In this document: in pieces, positions 29,448-38,963 of the stretch
Layout: the number at the start of each line of letters is the position of its first letter
Position numbering within the stretch: position 1 is the first letter of the stretch
Source: a bacterium
GTDB lineage: Bacteria > Patescibacteriota > Patescibacteriia > Magasanikbacterales > GWA2-37-8
Assembly (NCBI GenBank): GCA_043821725.1
Contig: JBDRCM010000006.1
Span: 38,287 to 102,286, forward strand
DNA length: 64,000 bases
Direction: 5' to 3'
The notes under the pieces: generated by a model
What the model saw: only the letters and a program-made list of their open reading frames with translations
Told to the model about the DNA's origin: nothing
Database searches by the model: none
Position numbers and translations under genes: made by a program

Positions 29448-30014
29448 TTATACTCCCTTGTGCACGTCAATACTCTTTCCCTTTTGCAAAGTAACCACTG
29501 CTTTTTTATAATCCTGTCTGCGGCCACGCGTTCTACGAAAAGTTGTCTTTCGTCCGTCAATATTCATTATGGTTATTCCTGTAGGCCTGATTCCGTATAT
29601 TTCCTCCATTGCTTTTTTAATGTTATTCTTTGTGCTCCACTTTGCCACTAAAAAAGTATACTTTCCAAAACTTTCAGCCACAGCCGCTTTTTCAGTGACT
29701 AACGGGCTTAAAATAACTTTATCTGAAATACTATACAAAGGCAGTTTTTTAAGCTTTTTAACTTCAGTTACTTTTTCTTTTTTAGCTTCTTTGGTTTTGC
29801 GCTCGGGTTGCTTTTTCTCGGATTGCTTTTTTACGCCATCCTTTTCAGATATGTCTATACCAGTGCTTTTTTTAGCAATAGCTTTTTCAGCTGAAAAAGA
29901 TGGCAAATGTTCCGGCTCCTTTTTCTGAGTTGCTATAATCTCAACAGCTTCTTCAGCTGTTTCCTTGATTCCCTTTTTGTTTTTTTTGTTTAATATCTTG
30001 TTAAAAAATCTCAT
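29448..30014 (-). CDS. rplW: 50S ribosomal protein L23 with a ~90-aa lysine-rich N-terminal extension
   Basis: The C-terminal 95 aa (LYSISDKVILSPLVTEKAAVAE...YKKAVVTLQKG) match L23. No internal Met precedes the domain, so the extension appears real. Confidence 0.8.
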   Translation of the reverse strand: MRFFNKILNKKNKKGIKETAEEAVEIIATQKKEPEHLPSFSAEKAIAKKSTGIDISEKDGVKKQSEKKQPERKTKEAKKEKVTEVKKLKKLPLYSISDKVILSPLVTEKAAVAESFGKYTFLVAKWSTKNNIKKAMEEIYGIRPTGITIMNIDGRKTTFRRTRGRRQDYKKAVVTLQKGKSIDVHKGV

Positions 30015-30023
30015 ATGGGACGC

Positions 30024-30683
30024 CTATTTTGTATCAACCTTTTTTGTATCAACCTTTCCATTTAACATTTTTTCAAGCTTGCTAATTGCCTGCTTGCTTA
30101 ACATTAGCTGTGCTTTATTCAAAACAGCGAGAACGTTTGCATCATTAGCGCGCATAACCTCAATTTTTGGAATGTTTCGCGCCATTTTAAGCACTGCTTC
30201 ATCTTTTTTATCAGTTAGTATCAAAAATGACTTTTTTTCACACGGCAAATTCTTAATCAATTCACACAAAAATTTTGTTTTTGGCTGTTCAAAATCATAA
30301 TTTTCAATAATCCACAAATTTTTATTGTTTGCACGGTCGCTAAGACACATCTTTAAAGCTAAACGGCGTGTCTTTTTATTTATCTTCTGCTTGTAATTCT
30401 CAATGTTTCTTGGTCCAAAAGTAGCTCCGCCACCGCGCCACAAAGGCGAGCGTATTGAGCCATGTCGCGCTCTTCCAGTTCCTTTTTGAGCCCATGGTTT
30501 GCGTCCGCCTCCTCTTACTTCTCCCTTGTTTTTAACATGAGCATTAGACTCGCGCGCATTTGCACTTTGAGCCACAAAAACCTGGTGGACAACTTCCTTT
30601 TTTGGTTCAATCGAAAAAATCAAGTTATCCAACTCCATGTCTCCGCTTTCTTGTCCTTTTATATTGTAAACCTTGATCTTCAT
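30024..30683 (-). CDS. rplD: 50S ribosomal protein L4
   Basis: MKIKVYNIKGQESGDMELDNLIF...GGGRKPWAQKGTGRARHGSIRSPLWRGGG. Confidence 0.9.
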   Translation of the reverse strand: MKIKVYNIKGQESGDMELDNLIFSIEPKKEVVHQVFVAQSANARESNAHVKNKGEVRGGGRKPWAQKGTGRARHGSIRSPLWRGGGATFGPRNIENYKQKINKKTRRLALKMCLSDRANNKNLWIIENYDFEQPKTKFLCELIKNLPCEKKSFLILTDKKDEAVLKMARNIPKIEVMRANDANVLAVLNKAQLMLSKQAISKLEKMLNGKVDTKKVDTK

Positions 30684-31603
30684 ACTTTGTCTGTTTGTAA
30701 TTGCTTTTCTTGCTCTTCTTCTTCATTCAATTCCTGATTCAATTCCTGTTTTGGATTCAATTCCGTCTCTGCAATATCTTGTGCCGGCTCAATACTGTCG
30801 CCATTGTTTTCCGTTTCAACAACTGTTGTGCCTGCATTTTCTTCTATTTCTGCTTGTTCTTTACTTTGCATATCATCATTATTAACCTCAACTACATCAA
30901 CCGCATCTGTATTTACGGCGTCATTATTTACGGTGTCATTTACTTCTTCTTTAATTTGCTCATCGCTTTGAACAATTATTTTCAATTGTCCTTCTCCTTT
31001 AATAGTCAATAAGCCACTATTGGCTCCGGGAACCGCTCCTTTTACATAAAGCTCCTGCTCTTGCGGTCTAACTTCAACAACTTCCAAATTTCTTACTGTA
31101 ACTTGATTATTGCCCATGTGGCCACCCATTCGCGTTCCTTTAAATACTCTCTGCGGACCTGTTGCTCCAATGGAGCCGGGCATCCTTAGCTGATCTTTGT
31201 GGCCATGACTGGCAGGTGAGCCGGAAAAACCGTGTCTTTTAACAACTCCTTGAAATCCTTTGCCTTTGGAAACTCCGGTAACTGAAATTTTATCTCCATT
31301 AACAAAGGTTGTAACGTCTATAAAATCGCCTCTTTTCAAATCCTTGGCATCTTCCGCTTTGATTGGAATTTCACGCAAATACTTGAATTTTTTCAGCCCT
31401 TTTAAATGATTGATTTGTGGCTTGTTTAATGTTTTTTCTCTTGTTTCATGGCATCCGAGCTGTATTGACACTTTTTCCTTGTTGCTGTTATTTACCATGG
31501 TTATTTGGCACGGACCACAAAAAATTCGCGTTACCGGCACAACGGTTCCGTCTTCCTTAAACATCTGTGTCATTCCGTTTTTTTTACCTAGGATAAACTT
31601 CAT
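30680..31603 (-). CDS. rplC: 50S ribosomal protein L3 with a ~90-aa acidic C-terminal extension
   Basis: MKFILGKKNGMTQMFKEDGTVVPVTRI...GFSGSPASHGHKDQLRMPGSIG, followed by a D/E/N-rich tail. The start is the ATG at 31603. Confidence 0.9.
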   Translation of the reverse strand: MKFILGKKNGMTQMFKEDGTVVPVTRIFCGPCQITMVNNSNKEKVSIQLGCHETREKTLNKPQINHLKGLKKFKYLREIPIKAEDAKDLKRGDFIDVTTFVNGDKISVTGVSKGKGFQGVVKRHGFSGSPASHGHKDQLRMPGSIGATGPQRVFKGTRMGGHMGNNQVTVRNLEVVEVRPQEQELYVKGAVPGANSGLLTIKGEGQLKIIVQSDEQIKEEVNDTVNNDAVNTDAVDVVEVNNDDMQSKEQAEIEENAGTTVVETENNGDSIEPAQDIAETELNPKQELNQELNEEEEQEKQLQTDKV

Positions 31604-31623
31604 ATTTGAAATTCGCACTATAA

Positions 31624-31677
31624 GGATCTGTCACCAAATACCATTTCTACTGCGAAAGCGCATTTGGCGATAGACCC
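31624..31677 (+). mobile_element. Tn3-like MITE copy 4 (54-bp minimal version: fused TIRs only) with perfect 5-bp TSD TATAA, inserted between rpsJ and rplC
   Basis: GGATCTGTCACCAAATACCATTTCTACTGCGAAAGCGCATTTGGCGATAGACCC. TATAA is present at 31619..31623 and 31678..31682. Confidence 0.8.
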
Positions 31678-31680
31678 TAT

Positions 31681-31733
31681 AAAACAAAAACTAGGAACAA
31701 TGACGCTATTAACAATAGTGGCGTTGTTCCTAG
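31681..31733 (-). terminator. intrinsic terminator downstream of rpsJ (minus strand)
   Basis: The minus strand reads CTAGGAACAA-(21 nt loop)-TTGTTCCTAG followed by TTTTTGTTTT. Confidence 0.6.
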
Positions 31734-31958
31734 CCTTTCTTGTATATTAAGAGCTAATTTGGCTCTAAAGATTGGCTTGTGTGATTATTAATTTGCAATT
31801 TTTTCCTTTGTTTTCAATAAACCTGATAGATGTTTTCCAGCTTGTTGCAGGATCTTATCTACGTGGTATAAAAAAAACTTTTGTTCTGCTAAATTATACG
31901 CGATGGCTATAAAACTGTCAAGCCGATGGCTCAATTTAATAGGAAGCGTATTTATCGC

Positions 31959-32321
31959 TTACATTTTTATTTCAATATCAACTCCGGCTGGAATCTGTAA
32001 ACTCATCAAGGCGTCAATGCACTTTGGAGTCGGATTTATAACATCAATCAACCGCTTATGCACACGCATCTCGTACTGCTCGCGAGATGTCTTGTTAATA
32101 AAAGTTGACCGATTGACAGTGAACTTTGTTTTTTCGGTTGGCAATGGAACCGGTCCAACTACTTTTGCATTGTTTCTCAATGCCGTATCAATAATATTTT
32201 TAGCGGCCTGATCAATTATCTTATTGTCATAGGCCCTAATCTTTATCCGTATCCTGTTAATGACATCAGTATTGGTGCTATCCACCTTTTTCTTGATTGT
32301 GCTTTCAGTTGGGTCTGGCAT
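31959..32321 (-). CDS. rpsJ: 30S ribosomal protein S10
   Basis: INRIRIKIRAYDNKIIDQAAKNIIDTALRNNAKVVGPVPLPTEK...RLIDVINPTPK. The start is taken at the internal MPDPTES (32321); the ORF-track start 32381 nearly abuts tuf. Confidence 0.85.
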   Translation of the reverse strand: MPDPTESTIKKKVDSTNTDVINRIRIKIRAYDNKIIDQAAKNIIDTALRNNAKVVGPVPLPTEKTKFTVNRSTFINKTSREQYEMRVHKRLIDVINPTPKCIDALMSLQIPAGVDIEIKM

Positions 32322-32388
32322 GTTGTAAAAGGAAATATTCAAGAAATGCCAGATCCCCGGATATAATCCGAGGATCTGCACTTGCTTT

Positions 32389-33579
32389 TTACTTAATTAT
32401 TTTTATTACCACTCCTGCGCCAACAGTTCGGCCACCTTCGCGAATGGCAAAATTCATCTTGTCTTCCATAGCTACCGGCGTAATCAACTTTACTTTAATG
32501 TTAACGGTATCACCAGGCATTACCATTTCAGTTCCTTCAGGCAATTCAACCTCACCTGTCACATCAGTAGTTCTGATATAGAACTGTGGCTTGTATCCCT
32601 TGAAAAAAGGCTTGTGCCTGCCACCTTCTTCTTTAGTAAGAACATATACTTCTGCCTCAAATTCTGTGTGTGGAGTAATACTGCCCGGAGCAGCCAAAAC
32701 AACTCCTCTTTCAATTTCATCTTTCTTAATGCCTCGAAGTAAAATCCCCGCATTATCTCCGGCTTGTCCTTCTGAAAGAGATTTGTTAAACATTTCTATG
32801 CCAGTAACAACTGTTTTTGCGTTATTTTTGCCCAAACCAACCATTTCAACTTCATTATTGATCTTTACCATACCGCGCTCAATCCTTCCGGTTACCACTG
32901 TTCCACGGCCTTCAATACTGAATACATCTTCAATCGGCATTAAAAACGGCTTTTCAACATCTCGCTGTGGTTCAGGAATAAATTCATCCAATGCCTTAAG
33001 AAGTTCAAAAATTGGCTTTGAAGCGGCTTCATCAGTTGGATTTTCCAATGCTTTAAGAGCTGACCCGCGAATAATAGGAGTTTTGTCTCCTGGAAATTCA
33101 TATTTATTAAGGAGATCTTTAACTTCTTCTTCAACCAAATCAATCAATTCAGGATCTGAAACTTGGTCAATCTTATTTAGAAATACCACTATATAAGGAA
33201 CACCAACCTGCCTTGCAAGCAAAATATGCTCTCTGGTCTGAGGCATTGGACCATCAGCCGCAGAAACAACAAGAATGGCTCCGTCCATTTGAGCGGCGCC
33301 TGTAATCATGTTCTTCACATAATCAGCATGACCCGGACAGTCAACATGGGCATAGTGACGAGCATCGCTTTCATACTCAACATGAGCTGTGGCAATTGTA
33401 ATACCTCGCTCTTTTTCTTCAGGAGCAGAGTCAATCTCGTCCACGCTTTTGCTTTGAGCAATTTTACCGGCAGCGACTAGTACCTTAAGAATGGCAGCTG
33501 TTAAAGTTGTCTTTCCATGGTCAACATGACCTATGGTACCGACATTAACGTGAGGCTTATTTCTTACGAAGTCAGCCAT
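32389..33579 (-). CDS. tuf: elongation factor Tu
   Basis: [44 protein letters not shown]. 396 aa. Confidence 0.95.
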   Translation of the reverse strand: MADFVRNKPHVNVGTIGHVDHGKTTLTAAILKVLVAAGKIAQSKSVDEIDSAPEEKERGITIATAHVEYESDARHYAHVDCPGHADYVKNMITGAAQMDGAILVVSAADGPMPQTREHILLARQVGVPYIVVFLNKIDQVSDPELIDLVEEEVKDLLNKYEFPGDKTPIIRGSALKALENPTDEAASKPIFELLKALDEFIPEPQRDVEKPFLMPIEDVFSIEGRGTVVTGRIERGMVKINNEVEMVGLGKNNAKTVVTGIEMFNKSLSEGQAGDNAGILLRGIKKDEIERGVVLAAPGSITPHTEFEAEVYVLTKEEGGRHKPFFKGYKPQFYIRTTDVTGEVELPEGTEMVMPGDTVNIKVKLITPVAMEDKMNFAIREGGRTVGAGVVIKIIK

Positions 33580-33770
33580 ATTAATAAACTTTACTCGGCA
33601 CTGTTTTGAGTGGTCAAAACAGATTTGTTATCCAGCCGATTTACTTTTTATAATAAGTTAATTCCCGAATATATTTCCGGGATTTTATAACGGATAAATT
33701 ATAACAAATTAATCAAAAAAAAGCAAGGGGATAAAGTGTGAATAACTCAACACAGCAAAAAAATGATCAA

Positions 33771-34511
33771 CTATTCAATCGGCTCTAAAAAAAATTGCTC
33801 TTCTTCCTCTTCTTCAGCAATATCATCAAGTGGCTCTTCAACATTAATTTCCTGAAAATCAGGCCGATTATGATCTTTTTCCGGCTCAAAACCGCTATTA
33901 CCCTGCGGTTCAATATATAGGGGATCATCAATTGGCGCATCAGTTGACATTTTATTCGGCAAACCAGAGGCAACTTTTTCATCCTTATTAAAGCCGTCAA
34001 TTGTTTCAGAATCTTGAATTGAAGAAGAATCCTTATCTCTTTCCAGATCTTCAGGCGCGTCAAAATCTTCAACTAAAAAATTTTCATTTCCGGATTTTTC
34101 CATTGATTCGGGAAAAATCTCGTTTTTTACCAAAAAATTGTCTTTTGGCTCGTTTGGCATGTCATAATCTGCCTTACTTGGCATGTCATAACCCATGCTT
34201 AAATCTTCATCGTCGTAATCTTCATCATCAAACCAATAATCATCATAATCATCAAAATCCCCACAATTATCATAAAAATCAAGCGATTGGCTCTCATTTA
34301 GAGCTCTCCATAGAGAAATATCTCTATTTATCCGGTTCATCATTTCATCTTCGGGCATTCCTTTAAGCTGAACATTGGAAGCCAGCATTCGCTCATACTC
34401 ATTAAGATCCATTAAAACAAACACGCTGTCTGATTCAGAATCAGGAACAATTATTTTATCGCCTGTCCTGCGCATTACTTTAATTATCTTTTTAAACTGG
34501 TTGGAATTCAT
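33771..34511 (-). CDS. hypothetical highly acidic protein (D/E/Y-rich)
   Basis: 246 aa. The N-terminal ~60 aa are moderately conserved-looking (KIIVPDSESDSVFVLMDLNEYERML). The rest is acidic low-complexity. Confidence 0.35.
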   Translation of the reverse strand: MNSNQFKKIIKVMRRTGDKIIVPDSESDSVFVLMDLNEYERMLASNVQLKGMPEDEMMNRINRDISLWRALNESQSLDFYDNCGDFDDYDDYWFDDEDYDDEDLSMGYDMPSKADYDMPNEPKDNFLVKNEIFPESMEKSGNENFLVEDFDAPEDLERDKDSSSIQDSETIDGFNKDEKVASGLPNKMSTDAPIDDPLYIEPQGNSGFEPEKDHNRPDFQEINVEEPLDDIAEEEEEEQFFLEPIE

Positions 34512-34694
34512 AATTAATAATGTTATTTGTGGATTTTACCATTGTTGCATAAAAAGTCAAATGGCGATGTTGAAAAATGCAGATAAAAAAACAGACCCTA
34601 AATATATAACATCTCATTGACTTTTATTTATTTGTGTTCTAAAATATGGCTCATATAATATTGAGCCGTTGGCTCAAATAATAATTTTTCCTGT

Positions 34695-36164
34695 ATGAAC
34701 AAAGTTGAATGGGTGTCGGCCAAAATAAAAAAATCAGCCGACTCAATAAACAACAAACGCGTGTTGTTTTTTCTTTTGCTACTTGGAGCAGTTATCGCGC
34801 CAACAGTATTGGCCGGGGAAAGTAATTCGGAAGTCGCTCAAAGCGCCGGACATGGTTCAGAGACCGCAGTCACGTTCTTATGGATTGCTGTTATTTTAAT
34901 AGCTGCAAAAATTTCATCACTTATTGAAAAAATCGGCCAGCCATCTGTGCTTGGAGAACTGGTGATCGGTGTGATTTTGGGAAATCTGGCATTGCTCGGC
35001 ATTGGATTGTTTGACCCAATAAAAACAAACCACATCATAGAATTTTTAGCCGAACTCGGAGTAGTCATTTTACTTTTTCAAATAGGGCTTGAATCCAACA
35101 TAAGGGAAATGAAAAAAGTGGGTTTAAAAGCCGGGCTGGTTGCGATAGTCGGAGTTGTTGCCCCGTTTGTGCTCGGAACATATGTTGTTGGACCATGGCT
35201 TCTTCCTGGGCTTGGCTTTAATGCTTATCTTTTTTTGGGAGCCACTCTGACAGCCACTTCAGTGGGTATTACCGCGCGCGTATTTAAAGATCTTAATAAA
35301 TTACAAACAAAAGAAGCTCAAATAGTGCTTGGAGCGGCTGTGATTGATGATGTGCTGGGTTTGATTATTCTAGCCGTTGTATCTGCGATTGTAACAGTCG
35401 GTTCAGTGGGCATTGGAGTAATTACATGGATAACGGCCAAAGCCGTTCTATTTCTGATTGGCTCAATTATAATCGGTCAAATTCTTGCTCCAATTTTGAG
35501 CAAATTCTTTGCAAAAATCCATACGGGAGTGGCTATGAAATTTACTTTGGCAGTATGTTTCGGCCTAGTATTTGCTTATCTGGCGCAAGTAATAGGCCTT
35601 GCCCCAATAGTTGGGGCATTTGCAGCCGGTCTTATTCTTGATCCTGTTCATTTTAGATATTTTAAAGATCCAAAAGTGGTGCGTGATGTTAAAAAATCCA
35701 TTGAAGGGATTGAATGTAGCGATAACATCAGAGAAAAAATTGGAAAGGCAATTGAACCGCACGCGCACAGGCATATTGAAGATCTGATTGAGCCACTTGG
35801 CAACTTCTTAATTCCAATATTCTTTGTAATGACTGGCATGACAGTTAAAATTGAAACAATGTTTGATTTCAAAGTTTTGGGTTTGGCAATTGGAATTACA
35901 ATAGTCGCATTTTTCGGCAAAATTATTGCAGGATTTGTTGCGGGAAAAGGCGTGAACAAAACAATTATCGGATTTGGCATGGTACCGAGAGGAGAAGTTG
36001 GTTTGATTTTCGCAGTAATCGGCAAATCACTTGGAGTTGTAACAGATGAAATATTTTCCATTATAGTCATCATGGTAATCCTAACAACGCTTCTTACTCC
36101 TCCTATTCTGACTTACTTGCTTAAAAAGCAGGATAAAAACGTAAGTAAAACGGAACAAGTTTAA
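34695..36164 (+). CDS. cation:proton antiporter (CPA1/CPA2, Kef-type membrane domain without KTN)
   Basis: 12 or more TM helices. GQPSVLGELVIGVILGNLAL and LAELGVVILLFQIGLESN match the Na_H_Exchanger family. Confidence 0.75.
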   Translation: MNKVEWVSAKIKKSADSINNKRVLFFLLLLGAVIAPTVLAGESNSEVAQSAGHGSETAVTFLWIAVILIAAKISSLIEKIGQPSVLGELVIGVILGNLALLGIGLFDPIKTNHIIEFLAELGVVILLFQIGLESNIREMKKVGLKAGLVAIVGVVAPFVLGTYVVGPWLLPGLGFNAYLFLGATLTATSVGITARVFKDLNKLQTKEAQIVLGAAVIDDVLGLIILAVVSAIVTVGSVGIGVITWITAKAVLFLIGSIIIGQILAPILSKFFAKIHTGVAMKFTLAVCFGLVFAYLAQVIGLAPIVGAFAAGLILDPVHFRYFKDPKVVRDVKKSIEGIECSDNIREKIGKAIEPHAHRHIEDLIEPLGNFLIPIFFVMTGMTVKIETMFDFKVLGLAIGITIVAFFGKIIAGFVAGKGVNKTIIGFGMVPRGEVGLIFAVIGKSLGVVTDEIFSIIVIMVILTTLLTPPILTYLLKKQDKNVSKTEQV

Positions 36165-36190
36165 GTGAAAATATTCTTAACATACCAAAA

Positions 36191-36220
36191 AAGCCCTGCA
36201 ATCGCGCGGGGCTTTTTTGT
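36191..36220 (+). terminator. intrinsic terminator after the antiporter gene
   Basis: AAGCCC-TGCAATCGCGCG-GGGCTT followed by TTTTTGTTTT. Confidence 0.6.
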
Positions 36221-36325
36221 TTTAAGTAAATTTTAATTCCTGCCGTGCCTTGCTTTAATATTTCATTATATGTGATATAATATAATTAGAGAGGCATATT
36301 TTTAATACACATAATATTTCACGAT

Positions 36326-38929
36326 ATGAAATTACAAAAATTAAAATATCTGGCAAAAATTTTAATCCCCTGTGTGATGCTATGGTGTGCAAGCATAAGC
36401 GCCCTCCCCATACAAACAGCACAAGCAAAACAAACTTACGGCAGTCCTGTAGCATGCACTTTGTTAAAAGCCGGCGATAATGTAAAAGTGAACGAACTGA
36501 ACAAGCCGGCAATATGGAATATTGGTGAGGATGGATTGTTAAGGCCATACCCGGACGGCAACATTTTCAAAAGCTGGTTTAGCAATGAAAAATATTCAGG
36601 CCATTACAAACTTATTACGGAAAGTTGTATAAACACATACAACACAGCCACAAACTTTCCAATTTATGTTAATTTTAGGCCTGCTTCATATGTCATAAAA
36701 AGAATGTATTATGACCAGCTTTATGTTGTTCTTCCAAATAATACAAAAGCGCCCATAACATGGCAGGCCGCTGAAGCACTTTATGGGAAAAAATTCAAAG
36801 TAATGGAAGTTAAATTGTATTTATGGGACAACTATTATAATGATTCCTCTGAAATATCTGGCTCTGACCCCATGCCTCATGCCGGAAGCATAGTAAAAAA
36901 AGACAATAAAAAATATTATGTAAATGAAAATGGCACGCTTAGTGAAATAAATACCAATGCCTTTATACAAAATGAATTTAAAGAGCAATTCGCGCGCCAG
37001 CTGTCCAACACATACTCTTCTTCTGTATCATTCGGAACTTCAATCTCAAATAAAATTGAAACTATTGTAAGTAAAACGCAAAACAAAAATATAACAACCA
37101 ATCCTGTCTCTTCCAATTCATCCTCAGGAGCAACTTCATCCAATTCAACAAGCTCGGGAAGCTCTGCATCTTCAGGAACAGGAACAAACGCTCCTTCAAC
37201 AAACACCGGCTCAACAAGCAGTGGCTCTTCAAGCACAGGGTCATCTTCAAGCAACACCAATTCAACCGGCAGTAGCACTACCGGCAGTGGCACTTCAACA
37301 GGAAGTTCAACCAACACAACCGGAAGCCAAACAACATCAACCAACATTTCAACTGGAACCGGTTCAACTGGAACGGGAACGGGCTCATCCTCAACAGGAT
37401 CATCAAGTTCAGGAAGTGGAACCACATATTATGTGCGCACAGATGGAGGTAGTGCCAGTCAATGCAATGGACTTTCCAACTCCGCATACCCGGGCACAGG
37501 CACCAACCAAAACTGCGCTTGGAAGCATCCGTTTGTAGCGCTTCCACCGGAAGGCACAGCGCGAATTTCAGGCGGGGATACTTTAATGATAGCAAACGGA
37601 TCTTACAAAATGGGATATGGAGCGTCTGTCGGAGCTGAAAACTGCAGTGAATACTGGCCATGGGACTGCCACATGCCCGCTATACCTTCAGGCACAAGTT
37701 CTGCAAATAAAACCAGAATACTTGGAGAATCATGGGATAGCGGATGCTCTACAAAACCACAGCTTTACGGCGCTGAAAGGTCATATATGATTTTTGACTT
37801 GCGAGGCACTAATAATATTGAAATGCAGTGTTTGGAAATAACAGACAGGTCAGCTTGCGTTGAATTCCACAGCGGAGGCAACGCGTGCAATAGAGACAAC
37901 TACCCGTATGGCAATTGGGCATCAGTCGGGATATGGGCTGAAGATTCATCAAACGGTCTTTTGAAAAATATTGATGTGCACGGACTTGCAGGCCGTGGAT
38001 TGATGGCAGGCCGACTGACCGACTGGACAATTGAAGACACAAAAATTCAAGGAAACGGATGGGCCGGCTGGGACGGAGATATTGACGGCAGTGATTCCAA
38101 CAGCGGAACGATTACTCTAACGCGCGTTAATATTGATTGGAATGGATGCGGAGAAACATACCCAGGAAGACTGCCAACCGGTTGTTGGGGACAAAGCGCC
38201 GGAGGATATGGCGACGGACTAGGAACAGGCGAAACAGGAGGAAATTGGATAATACAGGATTCAACATTTTTGCATAATACTTCAGACGGACTTGATCTGT
38301 TGTACCACAGAAGCGGAGGTACAATTACCATCAACAGAGTTCATGCCGAGGGCAATGCAGGCAATCAAGTAAAAACAACAGGAAACGCTCAAATCACTGA
38401 CAGCGTGATAGTTGGCAATTGCGCGTATTTTGAAGGCAAATCATTCACGCACAATGTTGATGCCTGCAGAGCGCTTGGTAATGCTGTATCATTAAATCTT
38501 ACAGGCGCAACCACTCCGGCATTATTCTATAACAATTCCGTTTACAGCCAAGGAGACGGGCTTTTGCTTGTTGATGGAGGAGGAACAATTAAAGCGCGCA
38601 ACAATATTTTTTACGCGGGAGTTGATTACTGGCAAAATTATGAAAATTCATTTTACTTCTATACTGAAAGCAACACTACACTGGATGGCGACTATAATCT
38701 GGTATATAACGCCAAGGACAACAGCAATTACTGCGCCACAGGTTCTCATAATTTATGCACCTCAAATCCTCAATTTAATTCAACATCTGCAAACAGTTTT
38801 AATTTAAGATTGAACGCGACAAGCCCGGCCATTGATGCGGGCACGACAGCTATCACAACAATTGATTTTACAGGCGCAAGCAGGACAAAAGGAAGTTCAC
38901 CTGATATGGGAGCTTATGAAATTAATTAA
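36326..38929 (+). CDS. large secreted protein: N-terminal ~230-aa domain, Ser/Thr/Gly-rich linker, and a C-terminal ~480-aa right-handed parallel beta-helix (pectin-lyase-fold) domain ending DMGAYE
   Basis: Signal peptide (ILIPCVMLWCASISALPIQTAQA). The linker runs 37080..37430 (NSSSGATSSNSTSSGSS...). Beta-helix rungs show repeated N/D/G motifs (GNGWAGWDGDIDGSDSNSG, NNSVYSQGDGLLLVDGGG). It is a paralogue of the next gene. Confidence 0.55.
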   Translation: MKLQKLKYLAKILIPCVMLWCASISALPIQTAQAKQTYGSPVACTLLKAGDNVKVNELNKPAIWNIGEDGLLRPYPDGNIFKSWFSNEKYSGHYKLITESCINTYNTATNFPIYVNFRPASYVIKRMYYDQLYVVLPNNTKAPITWQAAEALYGKKFKVMEVKLYLWDNYYNDSSEISGSDPMPHAGSIVKKDNKKYYVNENGTLSEINTNAFIQNEFKEQFARQLSNTYSSSVSFGTSISNKIETIVSKTQNKNITTNPVSSNSSSGATSSNSTSSGSSASSGTGTNAPSTNTGSTSSGSSSTGSSSSNTNSTGSSTTGSGTSTGSSTNTTGSQTTSTNISTGTGSTGTGTGSSSTGSSSSGSGTTYYVRTDGGSASQCNGLSNSAYPGTGTNQNCAWKHPFVALPPEGTARISGGDTLMIANGSYKMGYGASVGAENCSEYWPWDCHMPAIPSGTSSANKTRILGESWDSGCSTKPQLYGAERSYMIFDLRGTNNIEMQCLEITDRSACVEFHSGGNACNRDNYPYGNWASVGIWAEDSSNGLLKNIDVHGLAGRGLMAGRLTDWTIEDTKIQGNGWAGWDGDIDGSDSNSGTITLTRVNIDWNGCGETYPGRLPTGCWGQSAGGYGDGLGTGETGGNWIIQDSTFLHNTSDGLDLLYHRSGGTITINRVHAEGNAGNQVKTTGNAQITDSVIVGNCAYFEGKSFTHNVDACRALGNAVSLNLTGATTPALFYNNSVYSQGDGLLLVDGGGTIKARNNIFYAGVDYWQNYENSFYFYTESNTTLDGDYNLVYNAKDNSNYCATGSHNLCTSNPQFNSTSANSFNLRLNATSPAIDAGTTAITTIDFTGASRTKGSSPDMGAYEIN

Positions 38930-38963
38930 CTACTACTAATACTAAATAATTATCATTAATTAC

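Noticed and set aside
32591-33196. 201-aa plus-strand ORF antisense to tuf, and the other long antisense ORFs within gyrA, ftsH and fusA
   Set aside because: These are mirror-frame artefacts inside strongly supported conserved genes.
36916-38334. Antisense ORFs (169, 127, 95 aa etc.) inside the first beta-helix gene, and the similar set at 40024..41050 in the second
   Set aside because: They are low-complexity mirror translations of Ser/Thr/Gly- and Asn/Asp-rich coding sequence on the opposite strand, with no start context. The sense-strand genes are supported by paralogy.
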